Shown one piece after another: positions 1-7,053 of a stretch of 10,209 nt of DNA. The stretch is from positions 1 to 10,209 of the forward strand of contig CBFDTI010000047.1 of the NCBI GenBank assembly GCA_965612795.1, read 5' to 3'. Within the stretch, counting starts at the first letter, position 1, and every line of letters begins with the position of its first letter. Both the position numbers and the translations under genes were made by a program. The notes under the pieces were generated by a model. It did no database searches and was not told where the DNA came from. It saw only the letters and a list, made by a program, of their open reading frames with translations. This DNA comes from an uncultured bacterium. GTDB taxonomy: Bacteria; Hydrothermota; UBA3073; NMUJ01.

Positions 1-12
1 CAGTTAAAGGCG

Positions 13-40
13 TTGACATACAGTATTTTTAAGATATAAA
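13..40 (+). promoter_or_regulatory. Sigma70-type promoter for accD (TTGACA-N16-TATAAA)
   Basis: Perfect -35 TTGACA at 13-18 and 5/6 -10 TATAAA at 35-40, 7 nt before the accD ATG. Confidence 0.7.
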
Positions 41-47
41 GATTAGG

Positions 48-875
48 ATGATTTTCCGTCGTAAAAAGAAGTTAAAACCTGTTCCTCCTAAGCCTGTACC
101 TGATGGCTTATGGTTAAAATGTGACAAATGTAATAACATACTATATCGCAAGGAATTGGAGAAAAACCTATCAGTATGTCCAAAGTGTGGCCATCACTTC
201 CGTATACCAGCACGAAGATACATTGAGATATTGACGGATGGGTTTGAAGAGTTTGACAAAAATTTATCACCAGCAAACCCACTTAACTTCCGTGAGTATG
301 AAGAGAAATTACACAAAGATCAGGAGAAGACCGGCTTAAAGGATGCCATAGTGACAGGTAAAGCGAAAATCGGCTCCCACACAGTGGCTTTGGGGGTGAT
401 GGACTTCTTCTTCCGTGGTGGCAGCATGGGTAGTGTAGTTGGTGAGAAAGTCAAACGCCTCATATGTTATGCGATGGAGAATGACTTTCCATTGGTCATA
501 GTGGGTGCATCCGGTGGTGCACGTATGCAGGAAGGTATACTATCGCTTATGCAGATGGCAAAAACTGCGGCCACATTGGCTGAGTTCCACGAAAAGGGTG
601 GCCTGTTCATAAGTGTGCTAACAGATCCCACGATGGCAGGTGTCATGGCATCTTATGCATCGTTAGGTGATATCATAATCGCCGAACCTGGTGCACTGAT
701 AGGGTTTGCTGGCCCCAGGGTGATCCAACAGACGATAAAGAAAGAGTTACCGCCTGGGTTTCAGCGTGCCGAGTTTATGTTAAAACATGGTATGGTGGAT
801 ATCGTTGTACCAAGGCAAAAGCTGAAGGATACCATTGTTAAGATATTGGATTTCTTCAGCAATGAAAAACACTAA
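48..875 (+). CDS. accD: Acetyl-CoA carboxylase carboxyltransferase beta subunit
   Basis: N-terminal zinc finger (GLWLKCDKC...VCPKCGHH), GGSMGSVVGEK, SGGARMQEG, LMQMAKT, EPGALIGFAGPRVI and GFQRAEF...HGMVD motifs; 275 aa. Confidence 0.97.
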   Translation: MIFRRKKKLKPVPPKPVPDGLWLKCDKCNNILYRKELEKNLSVCPKCGHHFRIPARRYIEILTDGFEEFDKNLSPANPLNFREYEEKLHKDQEKTGLKDAIVTGKAKIGSHTVALGVMDFFFRGGSMGSVVGEKVKRLICYAMENDFPLVIVGASGGARMQEGILSLMQMAKTAATLAEFHEKGGLFISVLTDPTMAGVMASYASLGDIIIAEPGALIGFAGPRVIQQTIKKELPPGFQRAEFMLKHGMVDIVVPRQKLKDTIVKILDFFSNEKH

Positions 876-884
876 GGGGGTAAA

Positions 885-1901
885 ATGAGAAAATTACCAG
901 TATGTGGGGTGTTAATTTTTGTCTATTCCACCTTGAGTGCTATAGCTGTAAGCCGTGTGGCAACAACTTCGGCACAGTTCTTGAAGATTGGCATAGGTGC
1001 ACGTGAAACCGGGCTTGGTGAAGCTGTAGTTGCTGGCGTATCAGGTGATGTAAGTGCTATTTACTGGAACGTAGGTGCTATGTCGCGAGCACATCTAAAT
1101 AAGTTCATAGCAACACATACTGATTGGTTTATGGATACGCGGTTGGACTTTGTTGGTGTACTTGTACCCATACGTAGGGTAGGTGTGATCGGGGTAGCAC
1201 TTACCGCTTTCAATGCAGGTGAGTTCGAGCAAACCACACTTGATGAGCAAGAAGGTACTGGGGTCAAGTTTACTGCAGGTGCGTATGCATTGCATATCGC
1301 ATTTGGTAGAAACCTTACTGATAGGTTTTCGTTTGGGGTAGGTGCCAAGTATATCACCGAGAATATTTGGTTGATGCGTGCTTCTAGTTTTGCGATAGAT
1401 GTAGGTATGCTGTACGATTTAACCCGCAACTGTAAGCTTGGTATATCGTTATCGAACTTCGGTGGCTCCATGCGACTCTGGGGTGAAAATACTCGTATAC
1501 TATATCCAATAACGGAATGGCAACAAGAGCTCGGTACGGGTGTATTGGGTGATTTACGTACAGAGAGCTGGACATTACCGTTGAGGTTTCAGGTGGGGTT
1601 GAACTGGAACTTTATGTTGACACCTTCCACCAAGTGGACAGTAGAGGTGGATGCTGTGCATCCAAACGACAATTACGAGTACATAAATGTGGGGCTGGAG
1701 GTATCGTTCCTCAACATGCTATTTGTACGGTTAGGCAAGAAGGATATTGGGGGTAAGGTAAGCGATGAACGTTTCTCTATGGGGATAGGTCTAAAGTTAA
1801 GACCGGCAGCTATTAAGGTGCCACTCACACTGGATTACACATATACCGATTACACATATCTAGGTAAGGTTCAACGTATAGGGGTACGGCTTGGTTGGTA
1901 A
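885..1901 (+). CDS. PorV/PorQ-family (UPF0164-like) outer-membrane beta-barrel protein
   Basis: Signal peptide, family signature AQFLKIGIGARETGLGEA...DVSAIYWN, amphipathic beta-strands, C-terminal aromatic Trp; SD-like AGGGGG at 875-880. Confidence 0.85.
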   Translation: MRKLPVCGVLIFVYSTLSAIAVSRVATTSAQFLKIGIGARETGLGEAVVAGVSGDVSAIYWNVGAMSRAHLNKFIATHTDWFMDTRLDFVGVLVPIRRVGVIGVALTAFNAGEFEQTTLDEQEGTGVKFTAGAYALHIAFGRNLTDRFSFGVGAKYITENIWLMRASSFAIDVGMLYDLTRNCKLGISLSNFGGSMRLWGENTRILYPITEWQQELGTGVLGDLRTESWTLPLRFQVGLNWNFMLTPSTKWTVEVDAVHPNDNYEYINVGLEVSFLNMLFVRLGKKDIGGKVSDERFSMGIGLKLRPAAIKVPLTLDYTYTDYTYLGKVQRIGVRLGW

Positions 1902-3296
1902 TCAATAGATCCTACGTATTATCTGTAGTAGCGAATCCTGATACGTACGTACCTCTTTTACGGGCATTGTATAGCCCTGTGTCATCATAGCGAACGCCAG
2001 CAGGTGGCCATTTTCCGTTATTGTATAGCCGGCAAGCCCGCTCACACCAGCCATTGTACCCGTCTTTGCACGTACTACATAAGGGGTGGATTCGAACCTA
2101 TTGCGTAGGGTACCGTCTATACCCCCTATGGGTAATGAAGCTACAAATTCGTATAGGTAGCTAAATTGGTGATAGATATAGATCAATAATTGTACAAGCT
2201 CGTATGGGGATATGAGATTATAACGAGATAACCCGGAACCATCTACTATCTTATGTGGATAGTCGTTAATACCTACCTCTTCAAGGAATTCCTCTACTAC
2301 AGTTAGACCTTTATCGGCGGTACCAGGTACGCCTTTAAGTTCTGCGCCTATGGCTTTGAGCAAATGTTCTGCTATGAAGTTGGAACTCCATTTGTTTAGC
2401 TCAAAAACTATTTTACTCAAACATGGTGAATAGTGTACCCATAAAGTTTCAACCTCTGCAGGTGTCACACCATAAACTACGGAACCACAAACCTTGACTC
2501 CCATACGTTCGAGGTTCTCTTTCAACAGATAACCAACGTAAAGGGCAGGTTCATCAACCGTTCTGTACACACGTAGTTCACCATAACTCTGCGGTAATTC
2601 ACCCTTAATGATCAGCTTGTTAACGGTTTGCTCATATACTCTATCAACCTCTATGGTTGTTTCACCACTGTCTATGGTTACGGCATTATTGCAGATGACG
2701 ATAAAGTTGGTGGGTGGTTCGAGCCTCACACGAGGTGGGTTACCCACATCGCTAGGTTTTATTATCACCTCTATCAAATCATAGTTGACATTAAGTGCAC
2801 TTATGTTGGGGTTGAAAGGGTGTGGCCCTTCGTCCCACATCCAACCCTTACCTTTACGGATGGTATCGAAATATGATTCGTCTACAAAAATATGGCGCAA
2901 GGAGTCGATACCATACCATTTTATTTCACGTGCTGCTAACTCTACGTCTTTTGACAACAGCAACGGGTCGCCGGTACCCTTAATGTAAATATCGTCCCCG
3001 TTTTTGAAGAAATAGGTTTTAAACTTATAATCAGTACCTAACTTCGCAAGTGCAGTAGCAGCCGTAATAAGTTTAAGAGTTGAAGCGGGTGTAAACAGCT
3101 TATGGCCATTGTATTCGTATAGAAGTTGTCCCTCATTAAGATCGTAGACCACTATACCGAAGGTAAGTTCAGGTGGTAAACTTTGGATGAACTCTGTAAT
3201 AGTTTCGTGTGATGCTACTACGTACGAGACGAGTGCTACTTTGTTTATTGCACAGCCGCTGAGTAGTACAATAAGAGGTAGGATTATGCGCTTCAT
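1902..3296 (-). CDS. dacB: D-alanyl-D-alanine carboxypeptidase/endopeptidase (PBP4, peptidase S13), predicted lipoprotein
   Basis: SxxK (PASTLK), SxN (WSSNF), KTG (AKTGT), GTGDP, DGSGLSRYN and DGTLRNR motifs; lipobox LLSGC (Cys15); ATGA overlap with the rnfA stop. Confidence 0.93.
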   Translation of the reverse strand: MKRIILPLIVLLSGCAINKVALVSYVVASHETITEFIQSLPPELTFGIVVYDLNEGQLLYEYNGHKLFTPASTLKLITAATALAKLGTDYKFKTYFFKNGDDIYIKGTGDPLLLSKDVELAAREIKWYGIDSLRHIFVDESYFDTIRKGKGWMWDEGPHPFNPNISALNVNYDLIEVIIKPSDVGNPPRVRLEPPTNFIVICNNAVTIDSGETTIEVDRVYEQTVNKLIIKGELPQSYGELRVYRTVDEPALYVGYLLKENLERMGVKVCGSVVYGVTPAEVETLWVHYSPCLSKIVFELNKWSSNFIAEHLLKAIGAELKGVPGTADKGLTVVEEFLEEVGINDYPHKIVDGSGLSRYNLISPYELVQLLIYIYHQFSYLYEFVASLPIGGIDGTLRNRFESTPYVVRAKTGTMAGVSGLAGYTITENGHLLAFAMMTQGYTMPVKEVRTYQDSLLQIIRRIY

Positions 3297-3886
3297 AGGG
3301 ATAGACCCATGAAACCAGCGAACCCCAGAAACGCAAGCGACATAAGTGACGCCATTATAAATACGATAGGAGCACCTTTCAACACCTCGGGTATAGAAGC
3401 GAGTTCCAAGCGCTCCCTGATACCAGCCATAAGCAATAAAGCGAGTGCAAACCCTAGCGCTGTACCTATTGCGAAGACTGTCGCCTCTATAAAGTTGTAG
3501 TTTTCATTGATCACAATGAAAGTCACCCCTAATATTGCGCAGTTAGTTGTTATCAAAGGCAGGTATATACCAAGTGCTGTGTACAGAGCGGGTGCAATCC
3601 TCTTGAGCAATATTTCAATAAACTGCACCAATGAGGCGATCACAAGTATAAAAGCTGCCGTACGCAGGAATACAAGGTGCCACGGTTGGAGCACAAAATG
3701 GTATATCGGCCAGGTTATCCATGTAGCAAGTAGCATGACAAAGAATACAGCAGCTGCCATACCACCGGCAGTATCGAGGCGCCTCGATACACCAAGGTAC
3801 GGACATAACCCCAGGAAGCGCATCAACACAATGTTGTTCACCAGTAATGCTGAGAACAGTATGAGTAAAAGATTATGCTGCATCAC
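3293..3886 (-). CDS. rnfA: Rnf/Rsx electron transport complex subunit A (start GTG 3886 or ATG 3883)
   Basis: Hydrophobic multi-TM protein of about 197 aa with NNIVLMRFLGLCP, FILVIASLVQ, LGIYLPLITTNCAILG and AGIRERL motifs; both conserved Cys retained. Confidence 0.95.
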   Translation of the reverse strand: MMQHNLLLILFSALLVNNIVLMRFLGLCPYLGVSRRLDTAGGMAAAVFFVMLLATWITWPIYHFVLQPWHLVFLRTAAFILVIASLVQFIEILLKRIAPALYTALGIYLPLITTNCAILGVTFIVINENYNFIEATVFAIGTALGFALALLLMAGIRERLELASIPEVLKGAPIVFIMASLMSLAFLGFAGFMGLSL

Positions 3887-4524
3887 TCTACCTCACCACC
3901 TAATGTACCGAAAACTATAGCTAACCCTATGAATAACCCACCCGCATGGTACTTCGGTGCACCTAACACTTCGTAGCCACCTTCAGCTTTCCAGACGGTC
4001 TCAACAGGTGAGTACCCGTACTCCACACGTAGCTGTAGCCCCACAAATGTGGGCATATACTGTAGGAGTAAGCCAAGCTTTACCATGTAGTTGTCTGCCA
4101 TCAAGCGTGCTACACCCTGAGGGGTTACAAATAATGAGTCGAAATGCCACGAAACGTTAGCTGGACCTATCGACAAAGTTTGTTTCTCGCCACCCAACCC
4201 TATGTAAGGTGCAATGAATGCTACACCAGACAATGGACGGACATAGCCGAGTTCAAAAAACCCACGATTGATTTCAAGTTTCACAAATGTGTTGACGCTT
4301 TCGGTATGTAGTAAACTGGTGCCACCACCTCCTCCTATGAATAGCCGTCCAATTATACCGTAACCTGCACCACCTTTGTAGAAGACGGGTACGTCGAATT
4401 CAGCGATATCAAATTGGGTTAGCTTATCGTTGAGTGTACCCAAATTACTCCAATAGCTACCTAATAACATGCCACCGCACCCCCCGTAGAGTAGGTTGAT
4501 ACATAACACGAGTGGGGTCAGCAT
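3883..4524 (-). CDS. Hypothetical exported protein, probable small (about 8-strand) outer-membrane beta-barrel
   Basis: Hydrophobic N-terminus, Gly/aromatic alternating strands (GFFELGYV, PYIGLGG, GLQLRVEYGY, GLFIGLAIVFG); SD-like AGGGGG at 4535-4530; stop overlaps the rnfA start. Confidence 0.7.
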   Translation of the reverse strand: MLTPLVLCINLLYGGCGGMLLGSYWSNLGTLNDKLTQFDIAEFDVPVFYKGGAGYGIIGRLFIGGGGGTSLLHTESVNTFVKLEINRGFFELGYVRPLSGVAFIAPYIGLGGEKQTLSIGPANVSWHFDSLFVTPQGVARLMADNYMVKLGLLLQYMPTFVGLQLRVEYGYSPVETVWKAEGGYEVLGAPKYHAGGLFIGLAIVFGTLGGEVE

Positions 4525-4580
4525 CCTATCCCCCTGTCCTCGAGTTTCGGAACGCTGAACATCATCTTTCTTCTAAGGTT

Positions 4581-4607
4581 AAAATATTTCTTGTGTATAT
4601 ACGTCAA
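4581..4607 (-). promoter_or_regulatory. Putative sigma70-type promoter for OMP-rnfA-dacB (TTGACG-N15-TATTTT)
   Basis: TTGACG at 4607-4602 just after the fumarase stop; AT-rich TATTTTAA block at 4586-4579, the same block as in the promoter at 7020. The spacer is atypical. Confidence 0.5.
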
Positions 4608-4615
4608 TATTCTAA

Positions 4616-5461
4616 CTAAATTACTATCGTCCTGTGACGGGCTGCGTGACAGTTAAGGTTAACCGCTACGGGCATGGTCGCAATATGACACGGGTATGTT
4701 TCTACATGTACTGCAAGTGCGGTAACCCTACCACCGAGCCCCATCGGTCCTATACCGAGTTGGTTGATCTCATCCAGCAGCTCACGCTCAAGTTGTGCAA
4801 ACCTATCATCTGGATGGTGTGACCCTATCCTACGTAGTAGTGCACGTTTGGCAAGATACGCAACGTAGTCGAACGTACCACCTATACCTACACCGACGAT
4901 AACGGGAGGACATGGTCTACCACCTGAACGTTTGACACGCTCGATTACGAACCGTTTAACCCCTTCTATGCCCTCGGCAGGTGATAACATTGCTACTTCT
5001 GCCATGTTTTCGGCACCACCACCTTTCGGCATAAACGTGAGTTTGAGTTTATCACCTGTCACGGTATGTATATGTGTAGCTATCGGTGTGTTATCTCCTG
5101 TGTTTTTGCGATCAATAACTGGGTCATCCACTATGGACTTACGTAGGTACCCTTCCTTATAGCCACGACGTGTACCCTCCTCGAGCGCCTGTTCAAGTGT
5201 ACCACCTTTGATGTAAATTTCAGAACCTAACTCAACAAAGAACACCGCAAACCCAGTATCTTGACATATAGGTAACCGTTCTTCACGTGCAATCTCATTA
5301 TTCTCGATAATCTGTGCAAGTATCTCCTTACCGATGGGTGATTCCTCTTTCTCGTAGGCGGCTTTGATTGCATTCATAACATCATCCGGCAAATAGCAAT
5401 TAGCATCTATAACGAGTTGCTTTACTTTGTCGACAAGCTCGTCAAATTCTATAACACGCAT
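4616..5461 (-). CDS. Class I (Fe-S) fumarate hydratase/tartrate dehydratase family, alpha subunit
   Basis: PICQDTG, GYLRKSIV, RKNTGDNTP, PKGGGAEN, PCPP..VGVGIGG, LGIGPMGLGG and PCHIATMPVAVNLNCHAARH motifs with Fe-S cysteines; 281 aa (alpha only); SD-like AGGGGG at 5471-5466. Confidence 0.93.
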   Translation of the reverse strand: MRVIEFDELVDKVKQLVIDANCYLPDDVMNAIKAAYEKEESPIGKEILAQIIENNEIAREERLPICQDTGFAVFFVELGSEIYIKGGTLEQALEEGTRRGYKEGYLRKSIVDDPVIDRKNTGDNTPIATHIHTVTGDKLKLTFMPKGGGAENMAEVAMLSPAEGIEGVKRFVIERVKRSGGRPCPPVIVGVGIGGTFDYVAYLAKRALLRRIGSHHPDDRFAQLERELLDEINQLGIGPMGLGGRVTALAVHVETYPCHIATMPVAVNLNCHAARHRTIVI

Positions 5462-5479
5462 GATACCCCCTATTTAAGA

Positions 5480-6214
5480 TCATAGGATGATCTTAAGCCC
5501 ATCATACGCTACTTCAATATCTGGGAATATTTCCTTAGCACGTTCAATAGCCAGATCAAACTTCAATGGATACATGTGCGTAAGTATAAGGCGTTTGGCG
5601 TGTGCCTCACGTGCCAGCTCAGCAGCACGTTCAGGTGTCATATGTCCGGCAGTATCAAACGGGAACGATGCTTCCAATATAAGTATATCAGCAGATTCAC
5701 TCACCTCTATGAGGCTGATGGAAAATTCGGTATCCCCTGAATATACGATTTTTTTGCCCCTACCTTCTATTTTATAGCCATGGCTTTCACGTGTATGCAC
5801 TGTATGGAATGCTGTCACTACATAGCCTGGCAGGTAAAGTGTATTGGGTGGCATCTCGATAAAGTTTATCGGTACATCAGGTGCTATTTGCTTACCGTAT
5901 GCGTACAAAAGCTTATCGAACAGCTTATCTATACCGTGGGGGCCACAAAACTGCCACGCCTTTTGACGTGGATCAAGTGGATATTTAGCCACAAACAGCA
6001 GTAACGGTAACTCCAATATGTGATCCACATGAAAATGTGTGATCAAAAAGTAATCTATATCCTGATACCTTATGTTCAGCTCCTCCAACCTACGTAATAC
6101 ACCAGGCGCGAGATCTATAAGTAACGAGATGTGATTAATCTTGATATACAGCGAGGAACCGATCCGCTCACGGTTGGGTACACCTACACCTGTGCCTACA
6201 AAAAGTAATTCCAT
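5480..6214 (-). CDS. MBL-fold metallo-hydrolase, RNase Z/ElaC-like
   Basis: GTGxGVP, LID, THFHVDH (HxHxDH), YSGDT, EAS, GHMT and LTHMYP motifs; 244 aa; start directly abuts the upstream stop (TGA-ATG). Confidence 0.88.
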   Translation of the reverse strand: MELLFVGTGVGVPNRERIGSSLYIKINHISLLIDLAPGVLRRLEELNIRYQDIDYFLITHFHVDHILELPLLLFVAKYPLDPRQKAWQFCGPHGIDKLFDKLLYAYGKQIAPDVPINFIEMPPNTLYLPGYVVTAFHTVHTRESHGYKIEGRGKKIVYSGDTEFSISLIEVSESADILILEASFPFDTAGHMTPERAAELAREAHAKRLILTHMYPLKFDLAIERAKEIFPDIEVAYDGLKIIL

Positions 6215-7003
6215 TCACGGTATGAGTCTCACCCCTCTACCACCACGTCCGGGAGTGTTATCGTACACCTCGATCACGTAATATATAACGGTTATAAAGT
6301 TCTTCTCAAACCGCCCATGAAAGTAACTATGCACTAGATTGGTGTATTCGACTACTTTCCTTTCGTATGGAGTAAGCTCGGGATCGTCCGGATGTAGGAG
6401 ATGTGCGATCACTTTCAGTTCAAACGATGGTATATCAAGAAACACTATCGCACATGCGGGGTTGAGCATCTCATTGATAAAAGTATGGGTTTCAAACTCG
6501 GGTGTCGAGTACAGTTCAAGCGATACCAACCGCGTTGTATCAAATATCTCATATGCATTAACATATAAGCTGTCGAGTATATCGAGTTTACGTGCATTGT
6601 CTACATCCATCGTGTGCCGAAGTAGTTGCAGAATTTCGTCCAACTTATCGGGTTTGGGTACGAAGCCTACACCTTTGACTGCATTGTTGATTCTGAATCT
6701 TGTATCTTTACGACGTACCCCATATGTGGCAACAATGGCATTGTGTGGACCTGCCAGTTCAGGTCTTTCACCTTCTTTGAGCCTCTTGACGGTTTCACGA
6801 CGACGTTCGATACTCCAGTTGATGAACTTCCTCGGCAACCCACGTACTTCGAACTTCTGCCATGTGCTATCGACAAACGCATAGATGTAACCGCTATCGA
6901 TTGGCGTTACATTAACTGTAACCTGATGACAGTAGCCATCATTCCATAGATCAATGGGCGCCTGTTCCAATATGCCGGCTACTAGGAAAACTATCCACCA
7001 CAT
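6215..7003 (-). CDS. Uncharacterised exported protein, resembles pyridoxamine 5'-phosphate oxidase-like (split-barrel) family
   Basis: 262-aa ORF with its own promoter, coupled to the next gene; short hydrophobic N-terminus. Motifs KGVGFVP, SLEL...HT..N...NP...IVF...SFEL, VH..FH and EVYDN recall archaeal/bacterial proteins annotated as PNPOx-like. The family call is from memory, not a search. Confidence 0.6.
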   Translation of the reverse strand: MWWIVFLVAGILEQAPIDLWNDGYCHQVTVNVTPIDSGYIYAFVDSTWQKFEVRGLPRKFINWSIERRRETVKRLKEGERPELAGPHNAIVATYGVRRKDTRFRINNAVKGVGFVPKPDKLDEILQLLRHTMDVDNARKLDILDSLYVNAYEIFDTTRLVSLELYSTPEFETHTFINEMLNPACAIVFLDIPSFELKVIAHLLHPDDPELTPYERKVVEYTNLVHSYFHGRFEKNFITVIYYVIEVYDNTPGRGGRGVRLIP

Positions 7004-7014
7004 GACTCTAATTT

Positions 7015-7042
7015 AAAATAGGTAACCTACTTATAAGGTCAA
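7015..7042 (-). promoter_or_regulatory. Putative sigma70-type promoter (TTGACC-N16-TATTTT)
   Basis: TTGACC at 7042-7037 and TATTTT at 7020-7015 fill the 50-bp intergenic gap; ATG follows 11 nt later with no SD. Confidence 0.55.
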
Positions 7043-7053
7043 CCATGAACGAA

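Noticed and set aside
620..665. AccD motif variant PTMAGVMASYA instead of PTTGGVxASFA
   Set aside because: Conservative divergence with all other motifs intact; not enough to claim altered specificity.
3293..3886. Alternative call as NqrE
   Set aside because: FLGLCP and the overall motif pattern fit RnfA better than NqrE (typically FLGMC), and no nqr genes are nearby.
4525..4580. Known riboswitch, tRNA or SRP RNA in the OMP leader
   Set aside because: I could not match the consensus of fluoride, SAM, TPP, FMN or preQ1 riboswitches, tRNA or SRP RNA by eye; kept only as an unassigned structure.
1061..5777. Other short shadow ORFs (e.g. 1061-1471, 3507-3920, 4932-5162, 5487-5777)
   Set aside because: They lie essentially within well-supported genes on the opposite strand and have no independent signals.
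6339..6949. Antisense ORFs of 181 and 107 aa opposite the hypothetical gene
   Set aside because: Ser-rich shadow ORFs with no motifs; the minus-strand ORF has the promoter and operon coupling.
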